Positions 54,209 to 64,000 of a DNA stretch of 64,000 nt are shown one piece after another; position 1 is the first letter of the stretch; each line of letters opens with the position of its first letter. The translations under genes and the position numbers were made by a program. The DNA is from a bacterium (GTDB lineage: Bacteria > SAR324 > NAC60-12). The stretch spans positions 608,001 to 672,000 of the forward strand of contig CBDBHR010000030.1 in assembly GCA_965205865.1 (NCBI GenBank). The letters run 5' to 3'. A model generated the notes under the pieces. The model had not been told where the DNA came from. It did no database searches and saw only the letters and a program-made list of their open reading frames with translations.

Positions 54209-54585
54209 CTTATTCCTTTCGATTGCATGTTCAAAATTAAGGATTGATTGAAAACCTGCTTTCGCTCCCGAAAGCACGTTCTCGACGTTTTCTCTACTTT
54301 TTTGACGGTTCATGGTGCTCCTTTCTGCTTTTTGATTAAAAACAAGATTGTGGGTTGCTTTAAAACCTGCTTTCGTTCTCGACGTTTTCTCTACACATTG
54401 GGTCTCCTTCATTTTGGAGTGATCAAAAAACCGATTCATTGGCTCCAGGATGGGGCAATGAACCAGAAACCGACGCACTCAGGCACCGATGATTTTCCAA
54501 ATTCCCCATTGCCGTTCCGTTCCTGGAACGGGGAACGAGGGATCTTAAGGATCTCTCCCTGATGTCGAGATAATACAAGGGAGTA

Positions 54586-54704
54586 GAACTTGGGATTGGG
54601 GACTTGAGACTTGTTGCTTGAGACTTGTTGCTTGAAACTTATTACTGGGAACTGGGAACTGGGAACTGGGAACTGGGAACTGGGAACTGGGAACTGGGAA
54701 CTGG
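54586..54704. repeat. 7-bp periodic tract with 8 perfect ACTGGGA copies (54644-54699)
   Basis: Direct reading; degenerate equivalent at about 36559-36598. Confidence 0.95.
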
Positions 54705-54709
54705 TTTTA

Positions 54710-54739
54710 AGTATACTCTCATAGCCACCTCATTGTCAA
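54710..54739 (-). promoter_or_regulatory. Putative sigma70 promoter for SBP3 operon
   Basis: TTGACA-18-TATACT. Confidence 0.6.
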
Positions 54740-54994
54740 TATTTTTACTTGAAACAGGTTAATTTCAGACTTTCATGCCATCCTGACGGTCCGCCGATGT
54801 GGCAAATCGAAGGATCGCCTTATTGCTTTTCTGTCCTATCTCAGGGCATAAAGTTAATAAATTTCTTGCCAATCTCTAACGGTATTTTAACGAAATGCAG
54901 TGAAAATCTTGCTCAAATGTAACAAAATCTGACAGCTTTCAGTGACAGAATAAAGGGATTAAAATGGTAAGTCAAGCATTTCTCAAAAAAAAAG

Positions 54995-55227
54995 GTAACT
55001 ATTCGGGTCTCTGAAAAAACCGTTTAGTTAAAATCGTTTAAAAAAGATTCCCGGGGAGGATCGATCGTTTTCACGTCCTTCCACGATATTGTTCAATCGA
55101 TCGGGAACCCTCTCATTCACCAAAACAACTTAATAATGGCATGATTATAGCACAAAACAACGCAATTTCAACCCCCTGATATAAAATAAATGCGGGATTC
55201 GCAAAAAAAATAAAAAAACGATAAATC
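54995..55227. mobile_element. Isolated IS66 end with one repeat unit
   Basis: GTAACTATTCGGGTCTCTGAAAAA followed by a homolog of 40103-40310. Confidence 0.85.
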
Positions 55228-55310
55228 AAGGAGATCCGCTCCTTTATGATATGGATAAAGCAAAAAGAGTAATTGGGGAACAAATACGGAAGATTAAAAA
55301 ATTTCCTTTA

Positions 55311-55464
55311 GGAATGAAATTTAAATAAGTTAGAAGTATGGATACGCAAAATTAGGGGACACGTAACAGCAGGTATAAAACAGTAGAGTTGGGATGCCGC
55401 TGTACATGTCCCCCAATTTTGCTCACACCATTGGAATAATTACAGGTTATTTAAGGTTTGTTCC
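55311..55464. mobile_element. 154-bp MITE, copy 2 (inverted)
   Basis: Reverse complement of 19250-19403 with few substitutions. Confidence 0.85.
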
Positions 55465-55523
55465 CTAGAATGTTGAAAAGTTCGTGTCTCTGATTAGGAA
55501 TTAGGGAGACTTTTGCAAACTTT

Positions 55524-56369
55524 TCAGGAGAGATTGAGTTGTGATTGGAGTTCTTGAAGGAGGGTCTGTAACTCTTCTTCATTTTTTCGATTTAACTCTT
55601 TTTCAGGAGTCACTTCTTGTTTGAGAAGTTTTTGGGCCATCTGGATTTGACCGATAACTTTCCCTTTTTCCAGTCCTTTTTCCAGTCCTTCTTGTAATCC
55701 CTCTTCCAAACCTTGTGATTTTCCGATTTGTATCAATTCTTTTCCGGCGACTGTTTCGTCTAATGGTGTCAGTTTGAGCATCGTTTGTATCTCCTCTCTT
55801 GTCAGTTTAGAAAACTTCTCCAAAATAGCATAGGTTAACAATTCTATCAAATGTCTCTTTTCGAATTCTGAAGAATCCAACGTCTCCAGCGTGTCTTTCC
55901 ATTGAGGTATTTTTTCTTCCAATTCTGCTCGACTCTCCAAAACCAAAGGTTCCAAAACCATCAGGGACTTGTGAAGATGTCCTGCTTTTTTAAGACAGTC
56001 GGCTAAATGGACTTGGATCAATTTATTCGGAGACCGGCAGGAAAACGGAAGATCGTTGGGATCATATTTTTCATCCACATACAGCACAATGGCGATGAAG
56101 GGTTTATCATCCTCATTTTGAAGATAATAAGTCGTCAATTCTTGAAAGAGACGCCACAGAATTTTTTTATCGCCGTAGCCTTGGACCTCGAAAAAGAGAT
56201 TGGGGCCTTCTCCATCAGTGCGCCTGAAAAACCCATCGAGTCGTCTTTCCACTCTTTTGAGAGTGATGCTCTCAAAGACATACGAACCCTGTAAATTCAA
56301 TTGAAGCAATTTGATCAGAGCATCGGGTGCTAATTTAAAAAATTCATAAAACAGTTCATCCGTTCTCAA
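55524..56369 (-). CDS. Rpn-type PD-(D/E)XK protein (DUF2887-like)
   Basis: RTDELFYEFF, RRLDGFF..FFEVQ; GLEEGLQEGLEKG repeat tail; TTG start after GGAG. Confidence 0.8.
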   Translation of the reverse strand: MRTDELFYEFFKLAPDALIKLLQLNLQGSYVFESITLKRVERRLDGFFRRTDGEGPNLFFEVQGYGDKKILWRLFQELTTYYLQNEDDKPFIAIVLYVDEKYDPNDLPFSCRSPNKLIQVHLADCLKKAGHLHKSLMVLEPLVLESRAELEEKIPQWKDTLETLDSSEFEKRHLIELLTYAILEKFSKLTREEIQTMLKLTPLDETVAGKELIQIGKSQGLEEGLQEGLEKGLEKGKVIGQIQMAQKLLKQEVTPEKELNRKNEEELQTLLQELQSQLNLS

Positions 56370-56593
56370 AAGATGTCTCCGTTTGGTAAGGTTTGAGAGG
56401 AATGGCTTCCCCTGTCTTATCAATCTGTTGAAATAATCTCAATTCATTTGATTTCATCAGTCTTGTCTGTTCGTAAACATTCACAAGCATCCATCCTATT
56501 CTCTCCCCATTGAGAATCATTTTATATTGTTTGCTTTGCAGTCAATGTGTGATCGTTTATTGTGATTCGACTGATAACAACTCAAGAAAAAAG

Positions 56594-56718
56594 TGCCAAC
56601 CAGGCGGTTCACTGGACGCCCACCCCCGCGATTTTCACCAAGTTTTGTGGCAGACTGTCAGTTCGTCTCTATTACATTGGTCATTATCGGGTGGGTGCAA
56701 GTGACCTTGACGTTAGCA
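56594..56718 (+). other. Integron attC-like site 2
   Basis: TGCCAAC-5-GGTTCACT ... AGTGACC-5-GTTAGCA. Confidence 0.8.
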
Positions 56719-56951
56719 CCGCAGAAAAACTCCGATTGAATAGATAAGTTTTCTAAAGTGGTGATGTGTCTGCATATCGGAACTATTCGATCAAAGTTGA
56801 CGATTTCCCAATTCGGACATGGACTCGTCCAGGCAAATCGGGAAAATGAGCTTGAGACAACGGGAAAACAAATAAGGCTCGCTGTTGCCCAAACGCTTTG
56901 ATATACTGATTGAAAACAAGTGCATACTTGTTCTCTTCTTTGAGAAGTATC

Positions 56952-57803
56952 ATGCTGAAACATCTCATTTCTCCGACGGTCGATTGTGTCTTTAAGTCGA
57001 TTTTGGGGGCCGTGGAAAATAAAAATTTACTGATTGATTTCCTCAACGGTGTCCCGACCCCACAGTCTCCCATTTCTGAAGTTGAAATCCTCAACCCCTA
57101 CAATGAACGCGAGTTTTATTCGGACAAGCTGACGATTGTCGATGTCAAAGCCAGAGATGAAAATGAGACGACCTACCAAATAGAAATTCAATTATCTGTT
57201 TTTTCCTATTTACCGGAACGGATGCTCTATACCTGGAGCGACATTTATCAATCCCAGATACAAAGCGGAGAGCAATTCTCAGAATTACGTCCGGTTATTT
57301 CTATTTGGATGTTGACTGAAAATTTGTTTCCCCAAAGCCCTGTCTGTCACCATCACTTCCAAATCGTGGATCAAGAAAATCAAATAAGATTGTCGGACCA
57401 GTGCTCCATCCATCTTTTGGAATTGGGCAAATGGCAGTATTCCGAAGCATTGAACCCTGAAGGTCAATGGCTTTATTTTTTTAAAGAAGCCGAGAACTGG
57501 AGGGAATTACCCGAAATCATTAACACCCCTGAAATGAGGCAAGCTATGGCAGTTTTAGAGAGGTTTTCTGAAAAAGAAGCCGATTATCACTTATACCAAG
57601 CCCGTCAAAATGCCATCCGTGAGGAGAAAACAAGGCAAAAGCTTTTGGAAGATGCCTTGCTCAGGGAGGAAGAGGCTCTGCGAGATAAGAAAGAGGCTCT
57701 GCGAGATAAGGAAGAAGCGGTTCGAGACAAAGAAGATGTACAAAACGATCGGAATCGTTTACGAGAGTTACTCAAAAAAGCAGGGATTGATCCAGATGAA
57801 TAA
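56952..57803 (+). CDS. Rpn family PD-(D/E)XK nuclease / putative transposase
   Basis: PTVDCVFKSILG, IVDVKA..YQIEIQ, ERMLYTW; EALRDK repeat tail. Confidence 0.88.
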   Translation: MLKHLISPTVDCVFKSILGAVENKNLLIDFLNGVPTPQSPISEVEILNPYNEREFYSDKLTIVDVKARDENETTYQIEIQLSVFSYLPERMLYTWSDIYQSQIQSGEQFSELRPVISIWMLTENLFPQSPVCHHHFQIVDQENQIRLSDQCSIHLLELGKWQYSEALNPEGQWLYFFKEAENWRELPEIINTPEMRQAMAVLERFSEKEADYHLYQARQNAIREEKTRQKLLEDALLREEEALRDKKEALRDKEEAVRDKEDVQNDRNRLRELLKKAGIDPDE

Positions 57804-57859
57804 GCTCTTTTTCCTCAATTTCTCATGACAGCCTCTCGTGTAACAATTCAAGAAAAAAG

Positions 57860-57986
57860 TGCCAACAAGTGAATTGATTTGACCAAAGGGGGCGCGTTTC
57901 AATTCCCAGTTTATCGGTGTTTAAGACATTTTACCTCCGGCAAGACTCTTGAGTTCTCCCTCTGGCAACTCATTCAGACGTTTTGC
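57860..57986 (+). other. Integron attC-like site 3
   Basis: TGCCAAC-5-AATTGATT ... ACTCATT-5-GTTTTGC; same upstream taacaattcaagaaaaaag as sites 1 and 2. Confidence 0.65.
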
Positions 57987-58036
57987 TTTATGAATCACGC
58001 TTTCTTCCTCAAAATATAAAAAATCAATTCATTCCA

Positions 58037-58688
58037 GAGAAAAAGCTCTACAAGTGGGTATTTTTATGTGGATAAGACGCGCTATATTGAACAATTGGAA
58101 AACGAACCGGCGCCCTTCATTTTCTTTCTGCGTCCCCGGCGTTTTGGCAAGACGTTGTTTGTGTCCATGCTCCGCTATTACTATGGCCTGGAGCACCAAG
58201 AACAGTTTGATTCCTTTTTTGGGAAGTACTATATTGGAGCCTACCCCACTCCACGTGCTCATAGTTATCATGTCCTCAAATTCGATTTCAGCCGCATCGG
58301 GACCAGTACTCCGGAAACGACCCAAAGCGGTTTTCAGCAAAATGTACTGATAGGAGTCAAAAATTTTGAAAAGCGCTATGATGGGATAAGTCAAGATTAC
58401 ACAGGTTATGAGAATCCGTCTGATGCGCTTAAAGAATTCTTTGTGACTCATCGAGAGAAAAAGATTTACTTGCTGATTGATGAGTACGATCATTTTGCCT
58501 ATGAAATCTCAAGTTTTCATTTTGAGCATTTCAGCGAAAGCGCTCAATTGGAAACCACCGTCCAAGCAGCCACGGTTCAGTTACAGGGCTATTTACAAAG
58601 TGAGGCTTTGCAACGGTTGGACAACCTGAAAGCCTATGCGATTGTCTTTGTCGGCCCTGAGGTGAGAGCGGTCGAAGCCGTTGCTTGA
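58037..58688 (+). pseudogene. AAA-ATPase / PD-(D/E)XK fusion family remnant with internal deletion
   Basis: YVDKT, RPRRFGKT, LLIDEYD then jumps to C-terminal QLQGYL..AIVFVG; start region broken. Confidence 0.75.
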
Positions 58689-58728
58689 GGATATTCCCCA
58701 TTCATAAAAATTATTTCAAATTGCGCGT

Positions 58729-59819
58729 TTACCGGTCGAAAGGGTTGATCAGTCTGGCCAGGAGGCCTCGTTTGCGTTTCCCCGTGGTGCCGTAACGGCC
58801 CTCACCGCCCCGCAGCCTGGGGTCGAGCAGGTCCCTGAGGGCGTCACCGAACATGTTGAGGGAATAGACGGTAATCGTCAGGAATAGCCCCGGCCAGAGC
58901 GCCAGCCAGGGCGCTTGCTCCATGTACCGGCGTCCTTCCCGGCTGAGCAGTCCCCCCCAACTGGGAATCTCGATGGGCAGCCCGAATCCGAGAAAGCTCA
59001 GCGACGCCTCGGCAATGATGACGCCTCCGATGTTGATGCTGAAGATGATGATGATCGGTGCCATAATATTGGGCAGGACATGGCGGATCAGGATTAGGCT
59101 GGTCGGAGTGCCCACAGTTTTGGCTGCCAGAAAATAATCATTCTCTTTGACACCGATCACGGCGCTTCTAACGGTTCTGGAACCCCCGATGCCTCCGGAT
59201 ACGCCCAGAACCACAATGATCTGGAGGAGACCCTGGCCCACGATGGACATGACAGTTATACTCTAAACGGGTTTAAATTTCACTTTTCAAAAGAACTGTC
59301 ATTCCGAGCTAAGGGGGCTGCCTAAGCAAGAATCTCATGGGAATCAAGAAGATTCTTCGGTTCCCTCAGGATGACAAAAAATGAAGAAATCATCCGTTCA
59401 CAGTATAACAAGAGCAGCAGTCCCGGGAAAGCCATCCAGGCATCGACAAAGCGCTGCACCACCAGGTCCGCTTTGCCTCCAAGAAAGCCGAAAGTGCCAC
59501 CAATCAGGACCGCGACGATCACATTGAGCGCCGTCGCGGCCAGACCGACGGTTAAAGAAATGCGCGCCCCGACGATCAGGCGGCTCAGGAGGTCTCGCCC
59601 CAAATGGTCGGTCCCCAGGAGATACTGGGTGGAGGAGCTTGTCAGCCGGTCTGGAAGGTGTCGTTTTCTATAGTCATGGGGTGCCAACACATCGGCAAAG
59701 ATCGCCACCACAATTAAGAGAAAGATGATCATCCCGCAGGCCGTCCCCAGGGGCTTCTCCCGCCACAGCCTGATGAAGAAATCCACAAACCGGCCTCGTC
59801 GCTTGGGCTCACTACTCAT
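58729..59819 (-). pseudogene. DppC-like permease split by a MITE
   Basis: Removing 59259-59407 restores LLLTVMSIVG, as in the paralogs. Confidence 0.9.
59259..59405. mobile_element. 147-bp MITE with TA duplication (IS630-like signature)
   Basis: TIR TACT(C/G)T(A/G)AACGG 10/12; TA at 59257-59258 and 59406-59407; internal TGTCAT...ATGACA palindrome at 59297-59376. Confidence 0.88.
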
Positions 59820-60203
59820 ACCGCACCCTCGGGTCTAAGAAGGCATAAATCAGGTCGATGAGGAGATTGATCACCATCACAGCGGTGCCGAAAAACAGGT
59901 TGATTCCGGAGACCACCGGGTAGTCTCTATCCGTGAGGGCATCCAGCAGGAGACGACCGAGTCCCGGCAGGTTGAAGATGTTCTCGATAATAACGGCGCC
60001 ACCCACCAGGATAGGCAACTGCAGACCGCAGAGAGGCTGGACGGCCGCAGCGCGGCCAATAAGCCCGGCTGAACGCGTCACCACCGGGGTGAAGGCATTC
60101 TTGACCGCGTGTCTCACGACAACCACCCGCTCCTTGAGCCCTTTGGACCAGGCGGTGCGGATGTAGTCCTGCCTCAGCACCTCCGACATCATGGTGCGCA
60201 TCA
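59812..60203 (-). pseudogene. DppB-like permease, 3' third only
   Basis: Homology begins at MRTMMSEVLRQDY; upstream replaced by AT-rich DNA; in-frame insertions near 60030-60080. Confidence 0.85.
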
Positions 60204-60365
60204 TTTCCCCCCATTTATTCTCTAACAACTCCAATCATTTCTAATACGTTCTATCCAATTCTTGATTTGGAACATTTTCTGAGATATTTTAATTTCTGCA
60301 ACTGTTTGTTGCAGAAACTCCTGTTTTAGTAATCATAAAGAAGCGCAAAGTGAGAAACCACCAGC

Positions 60366-61382
60366 ATGGCAGATCAATCTCAAGACAAACTGCACAACCA
60401 ACATGACAAATTATTCAAGACGGTTTTTTCTGACCCAAATGAAGCAGCCAGTTTTTTTAAGAGTTATTTGCCTACATCTTTAGTGGATCAAATCGACTGG
60501 ACCTCTCTACAACTAACGAAAAGAATATGTGGATGAAGCCTTTCAGGCTACCGAGTCGGACTTGCTTTATCAAGCTCAACTGCCTGGTACCAACCAGGGT
60601 GTCATGATCTACTTACTCTTTGAGCATCAATCTGAACCCAGTCAATGGATTCGATTCCGATTACTGAAATGAACCCAGTCAATGGATTCGATTCCGATTA
60701 TTGCTGTCGGATTTGGGATGATTCGTTCAAGACTTTTCCTGATCAACAAAGGCTCAAGCCTATCCTTCCCATTGTGTTTTATCAGGGGGAGCGGACTTGG
60801 AATTATTCCACAGAATTCCAGGAATTAATTGAGATAAGCGGGTTGGATCGGGAGTATCTCCCCCGCTTTACTCATTTTCTGGTCGATCAATCCGGGTTTG
60901 GACTGGAATCGTTCCAAGGGGAGGTCAAAGCAAGAATTGCGCAACTCTTGCTATCTCAAGCGTTTCATGGTCAAATACAAAAAGGATTAGAAATGCTGAT
61001 CCACCTGTTGGATGAAGTGGAGAAAACCGGAGGGATGGATTATATTCAAGTCTTTCTCCGGTATTTTTGGCACATTCAAGAGGAGGTGTCCCCTGAAACA
61101 TTAGCGCAGGCTATTCAAGAACACTCAGAATCCCAACATTTAGGAGAACAAGCCATGTCAGTTGCAGAGCAGTTGATTGCTCAAGGCGAAAAAAAAGGAA
61201 TCCAAAAAGGAATCCAAAAAGGAATTCAGAAGGGGTTGGATAAAGGCGAGTTGGTTGGCGAAATTCGATTTGCCCAAAAAATGTTAAAACAATCCCCATC
61301 TCCAAAAGAAGAACTCTTTAAGAAAACAGCTAAGGAGTTAAAAACCCTACTTGACCAATTGGAAAAGCAATTCACTGTGTGA
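60366..61382 (+). pseudogene. Rpn/YhgA-like (Transposase_31) gene, frameshifted
   Basis: HDKLFKTVFS, ESDLLY..LFEHQS, PIVFYQG; frameshift near 60520 and 31-bp duplication 60633-60663 / 60670-60700. Confidence 0.88.
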
Positions 61383-61539
61383 TCTCCTCACTGACATTCA
61401 ACTGACCAAATACTGACCGAGCTTTGTCTCCCGAGTACCTATTGAGTACCCCATAAGCGGCTTGACTCAATGATCACTTCCAATGATGCGGATCTATTCT
61501 GGAAGCTGCTCCCCGTTTTCACGAGGACAATTTTGTCCG

Positions 61540-61727
61540 CATACCATTTGAAAGGGTTGAGCAGCCGGGCCAGGAGGCCTCGTTTGCATTTCTTTGCGGC
61601 GCCGTAATTGCCCTGACCGCCCTGCATCCTGGGGTCGAACAGATCCCTGAGGGCGTCACCGAACATATTGAGGGAATAGACGATAATCGTCAGGCACTGC
61701 CCCGCCAGAACGCCTGTGACTATTCAT
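61540..61727 (-). pseudogene. DppC-like permease reduced to start codon plus last helix
   Basis: ATGAATAGT joined to AFW..CLTIIVYSLNMFGDALRDLFDPR. Confidence 0.8.
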
Positions 61728-62676
61728 ACCGCACTCTCGGGTCCAAATAGGGATAAATCAGGTCGATGAGGAGATTGAGCAGCACCACGCCGGTGGCGAA
61801 AAAGAGGTTGACTCCGGAGACCATCGGATAGTCTCGCTCATTGAGGGCATTCACCAAGAGACGCCCGATCCCCGGCAGGTTGAAGATGTTCTCCATGATC
61901 ACCGCGCCCCCGACCAGGATCGGCAACTGCAGGCCGATCAGGGTCACCACCGGGATGAGGGCATTCTTGATGGTGTGCCGGATAATCACGACCCGCTCCC
62001 TGAGCCCCTTGGACCAGGCGGTGCGGATATAGTCCTGCCTCAGCACCTCCAACATCATAGTGCGGGTCATCCACATGGTCGCAGCCGCCGAGGCCGTTCC
62101 CAGAATCAGGCTGGGGATGAGGAACACCCCGAGGTTCCCCAGCGGGTCTTCGGTGAAAGACACCAGTTCCAGCGGCGGCGCCCAGCCCCACCAGATGGCC
62201 GGGTAGATCATCACCATCACGCCCAGCCAGAAGTTGGGCGTGGCCAGGCCGATGATGGCGACCGAGCGGCCCAGGTAGTCAGCGGCCGTATCCTGGCGAA
62301 TCGCCGAATAGATTCCCACGGGCAACGCAATCACGAGCCCGATGAGGATTGCCATCAAACCCAGCTCAAGGGTGACCGGCAGTCTCTCTATTATCCTCTC
62401 CTTCACCGCCCCACGGCCCATCAGTGATTCACCAAGGCTGCCGCGCAGGAGAATACCTCCCATCCAGCGGCCATACTGCACCCAGACCGGCACGTCTAAT
62501 CCCAGCCGACGCTCCAGCGCTTCCCGGTCAATCGAGCCCACTACTTGATCCATCGCAACCGACATTACGTCTACTACATCGCCCGGGATGAAGCGCACCG
62601 AAAGAAAGACCAGGATGCTCAAGATAAACAGCGTGGGGAGGATCAGCAATAACCGTCTGATAATATATACTTTCAC
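61720..62676 (-). CDS. DppB/OppB-like ABC permease
   Basis: Paralog of 33477-34475; GTG start at 62676. Confidence 0.9.
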   Translation of the reverse strand: MKVYIIRRLLLILPTLFILSILVFLSVRFIPGDVVDVMSVAMDQVVGSIDREALERRLGLDVPVWVQYGRWMGGILLRGSLGESLMGRGAVKERIIERLPVTLELGLMAILIGLVIALPVGIYSAIRQDTAADYLGRSVAIIGLATPNFWLGVMVMIYPAIWWGWAPPLELVSFTEDPLGNLGVFLIPSLILGTASAAATMWMTRTMMLEVLRQDYIRTAWSKGLRERVVIIRHTIKNALIPVVTLIGLQLPILVGGAVIMENIFNLPGIGRLLVNALNERDYPMVSGVNLFFATGVVLLNLLIDLIYPYLDPRVRYE

Positions 62677-62697
62677 GGGGACACCATACAATGAGTG

Positions 62698-62748
62698 AGG
62701 GGCTGGGAGGCGCGCTCCCAAACCGCTTCGAGCGCGCTTCCAGCCCCT
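62698..62748 (-). promoter_or_regulatory. Strong intercistronic hairpin after SBP4
   Basis: aggggctgggaggcgcgctc...gagcgcgcttccagcccct; similar position to the hairpin at about 52351-52382 after SBP3. Confidence 0.55.
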
Positions 62749-62778
62749 TTCATGTAGGTCAGTACGGGTTATCGCCCT

Positions 62779-64000
62779 CTAGCGACCCATTGCTTCCTTC
62801 AGATCCTGGTCAATCCAGAGGCGGGTGAAGAGGGTGGTTGTTTGACCCCATCCCAACTCGTGTTCAACGTTATAACCCATGACCCACGGTTGGACCGCCA
62901 AGTAGTCTGGGGGAAAAGGGCCCCATATCGTCCAGAACTTCTCTATCGCATACTGATCCAATTCTCCGGCTATCCTGTTCTGCTCCTCGAGCGTGGTAGC
63001 GGTCTTGACGGCTTCATACATGGCCTCTGCAACCGGGTCCCTGACACGGCCTAGACCCCATCCAACCGCAGTTAGGGCGGTATTGGCCATTTCTGCATTA
63101 ATCATTTCGAAATCCCGCGCACTTCTTCTAGAAGAAAAGGGAGCTATTGGCTCTACCTGAATCTCTACATCAACGCCAATCTTATTCCAGTATGAAGCGA
63201 CTAATTGCGCATAGTTCACATCGTACCGTGCAAGGTGCATCAACTTAGTCTTGAATCTAATGCCGTCGGCGCCGCGAGGATATCCGGCTTCATCAAGCAA
63301 CGCTTCGGCACCCTCCGGATCGTAGTCAAAGACCTTCTTGACATCTTCAGGCCACTCTTCAAATGGGGTGGCAACATCTGTAAAAGAACGGTTGAGCTGC
63401 CCCTGGGGTATCGTAGTTGCCTCACCCCTATAGTAGGCATTGTTGATTTCTTCGATGTTTATTGCCATCTGCATTGCCTTGCGAACCCTAATATCGCTAA
63501 AGGCCTCTATCTGGTTGTTCATGCCAAAACCGTTGTTACTCCGACCGGTAAACGGCCAGATCACGATTTCGGGGTTGGTCTTCCGGAGGCCATCTACCTC
63601 GTCGAAATTCCTCATTTGAGCTCCGCCGGTCCGACCTATGTAATCAACCCTACCTGTGCGCATTGCCGCCATATATGTTGCCACTTCTGGCATAAACAGG
63701 GTTCTTATTTGGTCAACATAGGGAAGGCGATTCTCCGGGAATTTATCGTCGTAGCCCCAGTAGTCAGGATTCTTGGTCCAGGTAACAGAGCTCCCTGCGG
63801 TCCAGTCAGTCAGCATCATGGGTCCGGTGCCGACCAGGTTCCTCCAGTCTGTAACGTCCCCGTGTTCTTTGATCACCTCGGGGGGGTATATCCAACTACT
63901 ATAGTTGTCCATGATAGCATACAGGGCACCGAGGTTTTGCTCCTTCATCTTAAAAACAACCGTGTACCGGTCGGTGGCCGTTACCGATTCGAATTGCATG
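62779..64000 (-). CDS. Family 5 ABC substrate-binding protein (paralog 4, 5' part outside window)
   Basis: VGTGPM, NPDYWGYD, RLWIDQDLKEAMG. Confidence 0.9.
   Translation of the reverse strand, partial: MQFESVTATDRYTVVFKMKEQNLGALYAIMDNYSSWIYPPEVIKEHGDVTDWRNLVGTGPMMLTDWTAGSSVTWTKNPDYWGYDDKFPENRLPYVDQIRTLFMPEVATYMAAMRTGRVDYIGRTGGAQMRNFDEVDGLRKTNPEIVIWPFTGRSNNGFGMNNQIEAFSDIRVRKAMQMAINIEEINNAYYRGEATTIPQGQLNRSFTDVATPFEEWPEDVKKVFDYDPEGAEALLDEAGYPRGADGIRFKTKLMHLARYDVNYAQLVASYWNKIGVDVEIQVEPIAPFSSRRSARDFEMINAEMANTALTAVGWGLGRVRDPVAEAMYEAVKTATTLEEQNRIAGELDQYAIEKFWTIWGPFPPDYLAVQPWVMGYNVEHELGWGQTTTLFTRLWIDQDLKEAMGR

Noticed and set aside
54209-54478. 90-aa N-terminal extension of SBP3 in the ORF track
   Set aside because: The signal peptide and SD match the SBP1 start at 54208; the extension is the shared leader

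Overview
Bacterial chromosome segment; RpoB/RpoC and gene content look deltaproteobacteria-like, possibly SAR324 (inference). Bases 1-32.4 kb are mostly housekeeping: rpoBC with no rplKAJL upstream and a 45-bp tandem-repeat tail on rpoC, BatD/BatE-like genes, ABC-F, an orphan CheY, prfB with its programmed frameshift, MATE, ModF-like, MsbA-like, cysS, glgP, MscS, SDR and GST, plus two MITEs and a candidate ncRNA. Bases 32.7-64 kb are an accessory region built on repeated, partly decayed peptide/nickel ABC modules (4 binding proteins, 4 DppB-like and 4 DppC-like loci, no ATPase). It contains a nested mobile-element stack: IS66 inside a copy of its own end, an IS5, and an IS1595 that joins the IS5 to an MT-A70/BglII-like R-M pair. 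It also holds an RT-less group II twintron whose outer domain VI carries an IS1380, three attC-like sites with no integrase, and three Rpn-type genes with internal restart sites. The least explained signal is a tandem array of promoter + structured-RNA-like units with shuffled 36-bp modules in the non-coding end of the IS66. No tRNA, rRNA or CRISPR array was recognised. Structures and alignments were done by eye.
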